A model generated the notes under the pieces. The model searched no databases. It was not told the DNA's origin and saw nothing but the letters and a program-made list of their open reading frames with translations. Both the position numbers and the translations under genes were made by a program. From contig JAJRWI010000042.1 in NCBI GenBank assembly GCA_024276825.1, forward strand, positions 1 through 64,000: DNA of 64,000 nucleotides. The letters are read 5' to 3'. Shown here one piece after another: positions 1-9,669 of the stretch (position 1 is its first letter; every line of letters begins with the position of its first letter). The stretch comes from an archaeon (GTDB lineage Archaea; Asgardarchaeota; Thorarchaeia; Thorarchaeales; Thorarchaeaceae).

Positions 1-3000
1 AGTCACGGTCTCGGTCCCTACTGCCCATGTGCTCGTGTCGAGATCGAATATCAAGTCCGTGGGGGAGAGGTCACTCTGAGCACTATAGCTTGTTGGGGTG
101 AATGTGAAGCTTGAAACATCTGATGCTGTCAGAGTTGTGTCAGTGTCAGTGTCCGTGATCACAAGGGTCACTGTGGTTGTCATTCCATATGGAGTAGTAA
201 AGTCACCTTGCACTGTCACTGATGTGTAGTGGTTTCGTATGATCACCTGAAAATCAAAGTTGTCTGGATCATAGTAAATTGAACCTGTAAGTGAGGCAGA
301 TAGCGTGACCGATTCAGTTCCAACACTCCATGTGTTTGTTGATAAGATCACATCATAACTTGATGGGGATGGGATGTTCTGTGCAGAGTAACTAGTCGGA
401 GTGAATGTGAATGAAACCACATCTCCTATTGGCACTGATGTTCCAGTATCTGTGTCAATTAACAGAATTGTAACTGGGGTGTCCATTCCATAGGGTGTTG
501 TGAGATCAGCATTTACTGATATACTTGCATAATGTTTTCTCAAAGTGAAAGTGACATTAACACTAGCATCCTCAATATAGGCGCCGGATTTTGTAGCATT
601 GAAAATATACCAATGGTCACCAACACTAAGAGAGCTTGTTGACAATGAGATGTTATACATTCCATTTCCTTGAGCCACAATTGTCACAGGTGTGCCATTT
701 GCAAATGTAATTGTAGCATCGGTGATGGGATTACCGGTATATGTGTCTGTGAATATCAGAGTAGCAGTAAAGTCAAATCCAACAGGTGTAATGTCCACAT
801 TGCGATAACTCAAGTCTGTATCATGATAGAGGTCGATATCGAAAAAGTCGGTAGCATTATTGTAGTATTGATGATAGGATGAAACCGTAATATGCCATCT
901 GCCATTTGTTCCAAGATCGCTTGTATTTAGAGTCTTGCCATATCTACCATCACCATAGTCTTCAAGAGTGATCTCGGTTGGAGTTCCAGAAACGGTCCAA
1001 TTCATCTTCACCATTGCACCAGCAATGCCCTGAGAGTTGACATCATCAGTCAGACTGTATTCAATGTATATCATCTCTCCAGCGACCTTGTATGCAACTT
1101 TATCACCAATTGCATCACCAGGCGCATTTAGGGTCAGTGAACTGTCATGTTTTACAATGAAAGTCCGCTCAAAGAGTCCTGTCTTATTTGTCACTGTGGC
1201 CCCAGTGTCATTGTAATAGACACTGACCGTCCACTCACCAGCATCAAATGTTGTGTCAATTATCTTTTTGATTGAGAGTTCTGGAGAAGTTCTCTGTTGT
1301 TCAGTTCCTACTGTGATGAATGTGCTAGGTGAGTTGATATTATTATACTCAGTAGATATCCAACCAGCAGACCTTTGAGCAGTGGCAATTCTGATTTCAT
1401 CTAGCCTTCCGGTAAGGAATCCTTTTCCACCAGGTATCTGAATGTCTGCCCAGCCACCACCTAGTCCCCAATGACTACTAAATGATAGATTAGCGGCCCC
1501 AGAGGCTCCAACACTGCCAGTGTTAGTATCAATACCGCCATCAATGTATATTGTATCATTAGAAGTTGAAGCACTGTCCAGGAATATTGCGAAGTAGTGC
1601 CAACCAGCAGACCAGAAGGTCCTAGTTGTCCATTTGTAGAAGTAATTCCCTGAGTTTTCAATCTTGAATACCAGTGATCCAGCAGACACTGAGGTCTGGC
1701 CATAATCTGTGCCCACCAGTGCGATATGCATATCGTTGTTATCGTCCAAGTACTTTTCCATGATCAGTTGGGTTGTTGTTGAGGACGAGGAAAATGCCGA
1801 AGGCAGATAGAACCATCCAGAAATCCAGACATCGCCCTCAGGATTTAGATTCTCGGTTTCATTAATGTAAATGAGATCGTCAATACCATCGAAACTCTGT
1901 CCATATCCAGCAATTCCAGTGGCCCTTGAATTCTCAATCTGATTACCATCATGTTGTCCTGATGTGGAGTCATAATGTATTGTGCTGTTAGTCTCATCAA
2001 CCGCATTTTCAGCAAGATGCCAAGTAGCTGAATATCCATTTGACCATACTGCGTCTGGATATTCTTGAGAACCAACAACTGGGTTTCCATAATACATGGT
2101 TAGAATAGTATTAGAAGTACTGGAAAGATTACATTTCACCCATGCAATGAGATGCCCTGTTGACTGATCAAACAACTCAATCTCATGAGGCAGAATATTG
2201 CCATTTGAATCAACAAACAGGATGTCATCACCATCAGCCTGGACCTTGGTCTGTAGGTCAGTATCGGTGATGTCAATCATGACGGGGAAGTTCATCAGAT
2301 CATCATCAACATAAGATGAGTTGATAGTGATTGGCTTTCGATATCTGAAGGAGGGGTATAAGTGAGTAGAGGTGTCGGTTGTAGTATTGTATGTTTCATA
2401 GAACTCGTTTCCTGCAGGATCTGAAAGAATGAATCCCACTCGTGAGTTGGTAACAATTGGAGTGGTTGCCTGAACCTTCAATACATCATTAATATTCAGT
2501 GTCGCGGTGTTTCCTAGAGTCTGACCGGATATCCCAAGCTTTACATCCTCCACATAGTTCCAGCTGGAGAACTTTATCGTCCAAACACCCCATACATCAA
2601 CAGCCGAGGAATAGGCAGTAATGGTGCCACCTTGATAGTCCCAATCAATACCATATGTCTTAGACTGGTTGAGGGGATTATACACTGCATCGGGGCGCCA
2701 TTCAGTCATTGGATATTCAACCTGAAAGCCAATTGAGGATGTAGAGGCAGGCGGGGAAACCAGAATGTTTGCGGTCCATTCAACAATTGAAGCATTGACT
2801 ACATAAAATGAAGTACCATCATTCATGTTCTCGTCTAGGCTCTGGCCCGAACCAGCAATATCTAGGGTCAGAGTTGTATCCAGAGTAAGTGGGTCTACTG
2901 AAGTTGTAGAAAACACTACTCGCGCAGAGTCATCATTAGTCCATGTGTCCTGAAGAGTTTGCTCCGTGCCAACTGAAATAAATGATTTGGGATCATCTTG

Positions 3001-5553
3001 ATTGTTGTATTCAGTGGCAATCCATTCGAGCGGCAGAACCTTATTGAGAAGTCTAATCTCATCAATCATTCCAGCCCAATATCTACTATTTTCAAGATCT
3101 GTGTTTCCAATCGTGAATACCTCAATTGAATCGTATATGCTATCACCTGCATGCGAGATGGTCCTGTCAAGAGTGCCATTGATATACATCTTCAAAGTGC
3201 CCGTAGCCGCACTCCAAGTCCAAGTCAAGAATTGCCAGCGGTTTAGTGATAGGTTTGTAAGAGCATCATAGGAACCACCGCTTCCTGATATACCATCAGT
3301 TCTAATTCTTGCTGTAAATGTGACATTAGATACCCTAATTGTTATTATATGCTCAGTTGGTAGTGTGTTTGGACTTTTTGAGAAGACTCTTGCGTTTCCC
3401 GTGTTGGTATGGTAGACCCATGCACTTACAGTGACTTCAGTCCAGTCGTCTGTGTCAATCTGACCAATGCTCACAACATCATCAGTGCCATCGAATGAGA
3501 GACCACCATCTGAATGGGCATCAACCAAGTCATTAGAGGTCATTCCACCGTAGGCTGTACCCTCATGATTGTTCGCAGTGCTATCATGTATCATACCTGT
3601 GGGATCATCACTAAGATGCTGAACAGTGGCATATTCTGACCACACATCAGGCGAAGAGCCCGAGGGGGCGTAGGGATTCCCATAGACCATTGAGAACACG
3701 GTGTCGACAGTGCTAGATAACTGAGGAATCTTGACCCAAGCAACAAGATGAGCATGTGTAGAGTTGTAATTCTGATCAAAAGACTCAATCTCATAATCAA
3801 GAGCTTGATCACCCATCATGAAAGCAATATCATCACCATCAGGTTGAACTTTGGTCTTGAGGTCAGTGTCATAAATGTCAACAAGCACAGGAAAGTTTGT
3901 CAGATCTGCAGACACTTTTGTATAGTCTATTGTGATGTCTTTCTTGTAACTCATCAAATATACGGTATCACCTTGTTTGGGTATGTAGTATTCAACAAAT
4001 AACCTGGGAAGCTCATCCTGCGCATACTGTGTACCATAGGCCCCTTTGATTAGTGATAGTGCTTGATAGGAACTGGAGTACATATAGTCCAACATGACAC
4101 ATATATAATTGCCAGAGTTCCAGCTTGTGTTGGAAATAATATCTTGAAGGAGCGGTGCCAAATCAGGGCTCCTTTGACGAATTCGTACCTGAGATGTCCA
4201 CGCAGATATCTCCCAGTCAATGCTTGTTTTCGTCCAGTCATACCTATCTTCTAGATGTGGAGTTCCGGATGTCAAGTTTTGCACGGGGCCGCCAGTAGTG
4301 TTGAAGCCACTCAGATATATTCGAGTGGATGGACTGTCCAGATCTGTCAATGGTTCAACTTCAAGATAAGCAGCAGTAATTGCAGCACCCTGTGGAATGC
4401 TCAATGGAAATTGAATTCCAATCTGATATGTTACAACTGTGGACCAATCGCCACCCCAAATTCCAAATACGGGGTCGCCATCTCCAGAACTTGCAGGGTA
4501 TCCATTTAGATCAACTCCATTATTGGGATCATCGTATCCATCACGAGTATCATCATCAGGCTCGTATACGTAGAGATTCATTTTCGTAGCTCCTGAGATG
4601 ATAGTACCATTAGCTTTGAGGTCTACCTGTTCTGGGAAGGGGCGAACTTCCATCTCAAGCTCAACATCATCAATGAATGCATAAGCTGAGAGTGCAGTTG
4701 TTTGGGAGCCAGACAAATCAGTTGCCAGACCCACTTCAAGCAAGATTGAGTCAGGCAGATTGATTGCAGAGATTTGGGTTGAGGGAACCGGGATAGATGC
4801 TTGGAGCCAAGTATCAGTTATGTCGCCTGACTCAAACACATATAGCTTGGATTCCCATCCATTGAACCGCACAAAGAGATGAACTTGGTTGCTAAGGTTC
4901 GAGAGAGAATCCACATAATATCTAAAGCGGATTGTGGCAGAGTATAATTCACGATATGGTGCCAATACATGTTGACTGAGATATATCTCATCATTTGCCG
5001 AGAGGGTTGCGCCTGATCCCCAGGAAGCTTCAAATTGCCATCCCATTGTTCCACCATAGCCCGAGCCACTATAAGTGTTTAATCTGTATATTCCGTGATG
5101 AGGGTGCTGTGATGATGAGATGCTATATTTATAGAGGGTCCAAGAATCAGGAACACCAACATCTTCTGATTGGTATGGGGATATCAACCATTTCTCATTA
5201 TGGTACTGATCCAAATTCCCATTTCTTGTGTTATCAACAGTCATTCGTAGATTGTCTAGTTGCGCCTGGAGGTTCGAACCAGTCCAACCTGTGTCAAGAG
5301 TTACTGAACTCACAGCTAATGATCCAGAATCGATTGTAAATGTAGGGTCATATTTGTTAGTCGCGGTTCCAGTTAATGTTACGGGCAATGGGTCACCTGT
5401 TCCCGTGAGAGAGCCAGACTGCGAAATTATTTTTGGTTGCTCATTCAAGGACTTGGCTGAGGAGTCTGCAGGACTCGCAGAATCTATAGGGCCTTGGATC
5501 GGCATTACAAATAAAATCATAATAACTAAGCTAATGAGATTATACCGTTTCAA
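1..5553 (-). CDS. Giant secreted/cell-surface protein (>=1851 aa, runs off the window start): signal peptide, 2x DUF2341, 2x LamG/concanavalin-like, then ~100-aa Thr-rich Ig-like repeats
   Basis: Absent from the ORF track because there is no stop in the window. TTG at 5553 follows GGAGAGGT. N-terminus MKRYNLISLVIMILFVMP is signal-like. DUF2341-type segments at ~3960-3680 (YKKDITIDYTKVSADLTNFPVLV...AWVKIP...VYGNP) and ~2350-2080 (YRKPITINSSYVDDDLMNFPVMI...MYYGNP). The same frame reads ...FDLDTSTWAVGTETVT at base 1. Frame spot-checked, not every codon. Confidence 0.88.
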   Translation of the reverse strand, partial: MKRYNLISLVIMILFVMPIQGPIDSASPADSSAKSLNEQPKIISQSGSLTGTGDPLPVTLTGTATNKYDPTFTIDSGSLAVSSVTLDTGWTGSNLQAQLDNLRMTVDNTRNGNLDQYHNEKWLISPYQSEDVGVPDSWTLYKYSISSSQHPHHGIYRLNTYSGSGYGGTMGWQFEASWGSGATLSANDEIYLSQHVLAPYRELYSATIRFRYYVDSLSNLSNQVHLFVRFNGWESKLYVFESGDITDTWLQASIPVPSTQISAINLPDSILLEVGLATDLSGSQTTALSAYAFIDDVELEMEVRPFPEQVDLKANGTIISGATKMNLYVYEPDDDTRDGYDDPNNGVDLNGYPASSGDGDPVFGIWGGDWSTVVTYQIGIQFPLSIPQGAAITAAYLEVEPLTDLDSPSTRIYLSGFNTTGGPVQNLTSGTPHLEDRYDWTKTSIDWEISAWTSQVRIRQRSPDLAPLLQDIISNTSWNSGNYICVMLDYMYSSSYQALSLIKGAYGTQYAQDELPRLFVEYYIPKQGDTVYLMSYKKDITIDYTKVSADLTNFPVLVDIYDTDLKTKVQPDGDDIAFMMGDQALDYEIESFDQNYNSTHAHLVAWVKIPQLSSTVDTVFSMVYGNPYAPSGSSPDVWSEYATVQHLSDDPTGMIHDSTANNHEGTAYGGMTSNDLVDAHSDGGLSFDGTDDVVSIGQIDTDDWTEVTVSAWVYHTNTGNARVFSKSPNTLPTEHIITIRVSNVTFTARIRTDGISGSGGSYDALTNLSLNRWQFLTWTWSAATGTLKMYINGTLDRTISHAGDSIYDSIEVFTIGNTDLENSRYWAGMIDEIRLLNKVLPLEWIATEYNNQDDPKSFISVGTEQTLQDTWTNDDSARVVFSTTSVDPLTLDTTLTLDIAGSGQSLDENMNDGTSFYVVNASIVEWTANILVSPPASTSSIGFQVEYPMTEWRPDAVYNPLNQSKTYGIDWDYQGGTITAYSSAVDVWGVWTIKFSSWNYVEDVKLGISGQTLGNTATLNINDVLKVQATTPIVTNSRVGFILSDPAGNEFYETYNTTTDTSTHLYPSFRYRKPITINSSYVDDDLMNFPVMIDITDTDLQTKVQADGDDILFVDSNGNILPHEIELFDQSTGHLIAWVKCNLSSTSNTILTMYYGNPVVGSQEYPDAVWSNGYSATWHLAENAVDETNSTIHYDSTSGQHDGNQIENSRATGIAGYGQSFDGIDDLIYINETENLNPEGDVWISGWFYLPSAFSSSSTTTQLIMEKYLDDNNDMHIALVGTDYGQTSVSAGSLVFKIENSGNYFYKWTTRTFWSAGWHYFAIFLDSASTSNDTIYIDGGIDTNTGSVGASGAANLSFSSHWGLGGGWADIQIPGGKGFLTGRLDEIRIATAQRSAGWISTEYNNINSPSTFITVGTEQQRTSPELSIKKIIDTTFDAGEWTVSVYYNDTGATVTNKTGLFERTFIVKHDSSLTLNAPGDAIGDKVAYKVAGEMIYIEYSLTDDVNSQGIAGAMVKMNWTVSGTPTEITLEDYGDGRYGKTLNTSDLGTNGRWHITVSSYHQYYNNATDFFDIDLYHDTDLSYRNVDITPVGFDFTATLIFTDTYTGNPITDATITFANGTPVTIVAQGNGMYNISLSTSSLSVGDHWYIFNATKSGAYIEDASVNVTFTLRKHYASISVNADLTTPYGMDTPVTILLIDTDTGTSVPIGDVVSFTFTPTSYSAQNIPSPSSYDVILSTNTWSVGTESVTLSASLTGSIYYDPDNFDFQVIIRNHYTSVTVQGDFTTPYGMTTTVTLVITDTDTDTTLTASDVSSFTFTPTSYSAQSDLSPTDLIFDLDTSTWAVGTETVT

Positions 5554-5715
5554 ACTGATACCTCTCCGCATTTTTCTGGATTTGAAATCCTCTCCACTCA
5601 TTAAGACGGACTTCTGTCTATTAATTATATACGGTCGTATGTCATTGCTGATAAAAAATAGATAAATGGTTGATTGCGATGTATCCCATTCAAGTTTTTG
5701 AAAGAAGTCTCCGAA

Positions 5716-6423
5716 TTATTGAAATGACTTTTTAACAAGTCCCCTCAGATAATCCAGATATCCATAGACCTTGTAGTTGAGCCGGTCCATTACATCAAGT
5801 AGAAGGTTATATATCGCATTATTGGAATAGTCCAATGGATGAATGCCCATTTGAACCGGACCATTGAACTCGACCTCCATTAGGAATTTAGGAGGAATAT
5901 TGTCGCGAGTCCCCTGACTTATGAATGACTCCGAAACAATATATTGGTTATCATCAATAAATGAATATATTGAGTTCGAGTTCACACAATACTTCAATTT
6001 GAGTTTCTTTGCGGCCTGCAAAATGCCTGAAGGAGCAACCCATGATGGAGGAACAAAGCCTTCCACATTTATCCCTATCCCTCTTTTGAGAAGAACAATT
6101 CCAGTTTTCAAGCGATGTATCATGCGGTCGTGAGGTAGCCCGTGAAACTCCTTGATTGAACCAGACTTAGAAAAATGGGTTAATCCGTGCAATGCAATCT
6201 CGAGCCCCAAGGAGGTGATATAGCCACTGAATAGTTCGTTTCGCTCAAAAGTATTGGCCCCTTTCATTTCAAACATTGGCGTTGCCAAGAGTGTGAAGCT
6301 CGACACCCCGCATTCCATCAGACGGTCATAGGAATGCAAGATAGCATCCTCATATCTGGGAGACACATCATGTAGTGCAAGCAAGATCACATTGTCATTA
6401 ACGAACATGGGGCTCCCAAACAT
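5716..6423 (-). CDS. DUF2334 / polysaccharide deacetylase family protein
   Basis: LHDVSP, EIALHGLTH, GFVPPSW and IHP motifs. Start moved to ATG 6423, which follows GGTGA. Confidence 0.75.
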   Translation of the reverse strand: MFGSPMFVNDNVILLALHDVSPRYEDAILHSYDRLMECGVSSFTLLATPMFEMKGANTFERNELFSGYITSLGLEIALHGLTHFSKSGSIKEFHGLPHDRMIHRLKTGIVLLKRGIGINVEGFVPPSWVAPSGILQAAKKLKLKYCVNSNSIYSFIDDNQYIVSESFISQGTRDNIPPKFLMEVEFNGPVQMGIHPLDYSNNAIYNLLLDVMDRLNYKVYGYLDYLRGLVKKSFQ

Positions 6424-6495
6424 CGCATCACCTGAGAAGGATATAATAAATGAGAGAACTCCCCGACCACCTATCATCAATAGAATTGTCACTAT

Positions 6496-6732
6496 TCATA
6501 AGGACTTGTTCCACTGCTTGTATGCCAACTCAATGTCTTTGTCTGTTATGGTCTTACGACCTGCATGTTCAGTGATTTCAAAGGCGCGCTTGGCAAGATA
6601 CTCACCCAGCTCTTCCAAGATTTGAGCAAGCTTTTCAGCACCTTTGTCACTGACACGTCCAGCACCAGCTTTGCGGATGAGTCGATCTATTGGTGCAACC
6701 GGTATTATTCTGTCTTTTCTTGATCGCGGCAA
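6496..6732 (-). CDS. Archaeal histone (HMf-type, nucleosomal) with short basic N-terminal extension
   Basis: IPVAPIDRLIRKAGAGRVS...HAGRKTITDKDIELA histone fold. TTG start after GGAGGT. Confidence 0.95.
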   Translation of the reverse strand: MPRSRKDRIIPVAPIDRLIRKAGAGRVSDKGAEKLAQILEELGEYLAKRAFEITEHAGRKTITDKDIELAYKQWNKSL

Positions 6733-6743
6733 GTTATTACCTC

Positions 6744-6800
6744 CAAAGGACGCAAGTCCTAGTCCTTCGCATGAAATATTCAGCCTTTGGTCTATTAAAA
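6744..6800 (-). promoter_or_regulatory. Histone gene promoter (TATA-like TTTTAATA, ~6800-6793) and 5' UTR hairpin next to the SD
   Basis: Stem CGAAGGAC/GTCCTTTG (6769-6762 with 6751-6744) directly before GGAGGT. Confidence 0.45.
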
Positions 6801-6905
6801 GATTCAGTATTGCTATGGGGTTTACTGGATTTTGTAAATTAATTATGCAAATATCATCATTTTGTCAGATGATTAATATAGCAACCATAGAAAACTTTTC
6901 ATGAT

Positions 6906-7242
6906 TTGAATACTAGGAAGTCTGAGGTACTGAGAAGGAAATGTGTTATACTGAGCCATGGTCGAGATGATGCTGAGCCCAATACAAGCAACAATCTGGC
7001 ACCTATAAAGAAGATACTGATCCCTAATGGGCTAGTATTTATTGTATTTCTTGGTCCGATATTGATACTTGCAGCTTTTAACCCATTCTTTGAGCATGTA
7101 TTTGGTCCACCAAGTCCGACCAATGCATACTAGATTGCAATCATGCTTTTATTTGTCATATGTGAGCTGTGGTGGATTCCCAGGCACGTTTTACCCTATT
7201 TATGGAACACTGTTGAGAATCACCTTGATAATCCATTGTAGT
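6906..7242 (+). pseudogene. Probable degraded small two-TM membrane protein gene with an in-frame TAG
   Basis: ORF ends ...PSPTNAY-TAG(7131-7133), and the same frame continues IAIMLLFVICELWWIPRHVLPYLW..., a second hydrophobic helix. True start is uncertain. Confidence 0.4.
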
Positions 7243-7298
7243 TTGCCTTTCCAAATGCCAAGATATTATGTTCTAAGAGAGAGCATTGAGTGGAACAT

Positions 7299-7643
7299 AT
7301 GAGCAACAATGACAAATGACAAGATAGTTGTGATAATATCTTCAGGTATAGGGAAAAAGTCCTAACGGCAATTATGTATGCCAAGAGTACCATTCATTAC
7401 GGTTGGATGAGTGATGTGAAAGTGATCTTTTTTGGACCATCCCAGCGTTTGTTAGCATTAGATGAGCAAGTATCAATGGAAGCGAAATCACTGCTTGAAA
7501 AGACTGAGCCAATAGTCTGCAAATTCATTGCTGATTAGGAAGGCATAGCAGAAACAATTGAGTCGCTGGGACTTAAAGTAGAATATGTGGGAGAAATAAT
7601 AGCGAATCATTTGAAAGCTGGCTATGTTCCGATGGTGTAGTAA
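7299..7643 (+). pseudogene. DsrE-like family pseudogene
   Basis: Reconstructs as ..DKIVVIISSG/DREKVLTAIMYAK...WMSDVKVIFFGPSQRLL...CKFIAD*EGIAETIESLGLKVEYVGEIIANHLKAGYVPMV*. Lesions: 7-bp duplication (AATGACA x2) near the start, 1-bp deletion at ~7347, in-frame TAG at 7536-7538. Confidence 0.75.
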
Positions 7644-7668
7644 ATCAAAAGGCATCTCAATTGGTCAT

Positions 7669-8868
7669 TCATGACAACGATTTCCCCGACCTGAGGATAA
7701 TCACCTCAGCATTCTCAACCTGTTCATTAAGAATTGACAGATCAATGTTCTTCTCTGCATTCTCGACAGTTTCAAGATCAGCGTGAATTGATGGATAATC
7801 AGGAACTAGACCACAACAACCACTGAGCCCCTCCTCTGCAAACTTGTAAGTCCCAATCTTTGCAGCAAAGTGCTCAATCTCCACTTTGTCGTCGCCAGCA
7901 CAAGGGCGGAGAATCGGGTAATCGCAGACCGCGGCATCAGTCACTCTGAGATTGCGACTTGTCTGAGAGGCCTGTTCGCCAATGATCTCGCCAGTCACAA
8001 TGGCATCAGCATTCTCCTTAATTGCAACCAATCTTGCCATTCGCAGCATGTTGCGTCTGCAGAAAATGCATATCAACTTGGCTGGACAACTTTCCTGCAC
8101 ACACATCATACCTTCGCCATGTGGAATGATGTACAGTTTGACCTCATAACCATAGACATATCCTGCAAGATGGCGAACCTGACGTATTGCAAGGTCCTTG
8201 CATTGGCTGCTGCTATAGGGGAACATATCAAAGTGAACAAAGACTGGAATGCATCCGCGTTTCATTACCTTATAGGCCGCAATTGGTGAGTCCAGTCCTG
8301 TCGACACAGTGCAGACGACTTTTCCTTGAGACCCCGTTGGCATCCCTCCGGCGCCTTTCACAGTATCAGTGAAGATGTATGCCAGATTGTTTCTGACTTC
8401 CACATAGATCAATTGTTCAGGATTGCTAAGATTGACTCTTAAGTTTAGATCTGCAAGTTCCTTAAGGATACGGGCCCCCAAGATTTCACGGACTTCTTGA
8501 CTTGTAAAATCATGGGTGCCAACCCTACGAGCGCCAACTGCAAAAGTGAGCCCTTCCTTGAAGTTGGCACGTGCCAGAGCAAGACCCTGTTCAACAATGA
8601 TGTCAAGATTTGCATCAGTGACCACAACAGGAGATGTGGATACAACCCCGAAGACCTGAGATGTGACTTCAGCGGCCCTCTCAGCCTGGTCCGAGTCCAC
8701 AAAAATACGTCCATATTCAACTCTAACTTTCTTGAAAGTGACCGAGTGCTCTCTGAGAGCGCCCCTTATGCTTCTGGTCAATAGACTTGTCATTCGTCTG
8801 CGGGTTCTGTCAGACTTGATTGCAATCTCGCCATACCGTACCAAGACTGAAGAATATTGCACTGCCAT
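7669..8868 (-). CDS. thiI: tRNA 4-thiouridine synthase ThiI (THUMP + PP-loop, CxxC type)
   Basis: LVRYGEIAIKS N-terminus, GxGGMPxG, PP-loop STGLDS, CIFC, TGEIIGEQASQT. Confidence 0.93.
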   Translation of the reverse strand: MAVQYSSVLVRYGEIAIKSDRTRRRMTSLLTRSIRGALREHSVTFKKVRVEYGRIFVDSDQAERAAEVTSQVFGVVSTSPVVVTDANLDIIVEQGLALARANFKEGLTFAVGARRVGTHDFTSQEVREILGARILKELADLNLRVNLSNPEQLIYVEVRNNLAYIFTDTVKGAGGMPTGSQGKVVCTVSTGLDSPIAAYKVMKRGCIPVFVHFDMFPYSSSQCKDLAIRQVRHLAGYVYGYEVKLYIIPHGEGMMCVQESCPAKLICIFCRRNMLRMARLVAIKENADAIVTGEIIGEQASQTSRNLRVTDAAVCDYPILRPCAGDDKVEIEHFAAKIGTYKFAEEGLSGCCGLVPDYPSIHADLETVENAEKNIDLSILNEQVENAEVIILRSGKSLS

Positions 8869-8924
8869 TTGATTTCGTTGAATTCGAAACCTATTCACTG
8901 TTAATTGTTTCGAAGTGTGATTAT

Positions 8925-9488
8925 TTAGTCGCTACTATCTTTCTTTTCATTTTCAGAGAGTAATCCTACGGTCCACTCACGAATCTTATCCCAATCACGA
9001 TAATCAATCCTTTCAGGAACTTCTTCACCAGAAGGCATTTGACTTTTAACTATACGTTTTACCAAGGCTCTGACAATACGGTTGTATTTCTTAAAGTCAA
9101 AGACTCCACCAAATAGGCCAGTAGAAACGCATTTGAGTTCAGGATATTTTGCAGCAATTTTGTCAAGAAACTCTCTCTGTGCAAATTCGCACTTGGACTC
9201 TGAAGCCGCAAAGCCACAAACTACAAAGATTGCAGTTTTTATTTCTGCGAGTGAGTCAAGATTCTTCTCAATGAATTGAATTGGTTCTTTGGTCCACTGA
9301 CCAGCCTGAATGCCGCTACCAATTATGACCAGATCATAGTCAGAGAGGGGACCGTCTAGATGCTCCTTAGTCAGATTCACGGCTTTTGTGATGACTTCAT
9401 AATCATTCAATATTGAGGCCATAAAATCAGCCACTTCTGCTGTCGAACCATACCTTGTTCCAAAACAAATCAAAGCATTGCGTATCAA
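8925..9488 (-). CDS. Flavodoxin-domain protein (HemG-like)
   Basis: FGTRYGSTAEVA, YDLVIIGSGI, DYRDWDKIREW. Confidence 0.85.
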   Translation of the reverse strand: MIRNALICFGTRYGSTAEVADFMASILNDYEVITKAVNLTKEHLDGPLSDYDLVIIGSGIQAGQWTKEPIQFIEKNLDSLAEIKTAIFVVCGFAASESKCEFAQREFLDKIAAKYPELKCVSTGLFGGVFDFKKYNRIVRALVKRIVKSQMPSGEEVPERIDYRDWDKIREWTVGLLSENEKKDSSD

Positions 9489-9669
9489 TACAGGTTGTCC
9501 TCCGAGATATCATCATTCAACAAGTGGTTAGATGGGGATGCAGTGCGACCTAATTTAGGCAATACACTATTAATAGTTTTGAATCAGATATATAAATAAA
9601 GCTATATTTCAAAAGTTTTAATATAAAGGCAAGCCTTCTTATCCTATTGGGTCATTAGAAAAACCGAGA

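Noticed and set aside
670-5665. Numerous short ORFs in the track
   Set aside because: Shadow frames of the giant minus-strand gene
7131-7640. Genome-wide TAG recoding to pyrrolysine
   Set aside because: TAG ends several intact conserved genes at expected positions (dcd, ilvE, alaX), and the DsrE-like gene also carries frameshifts
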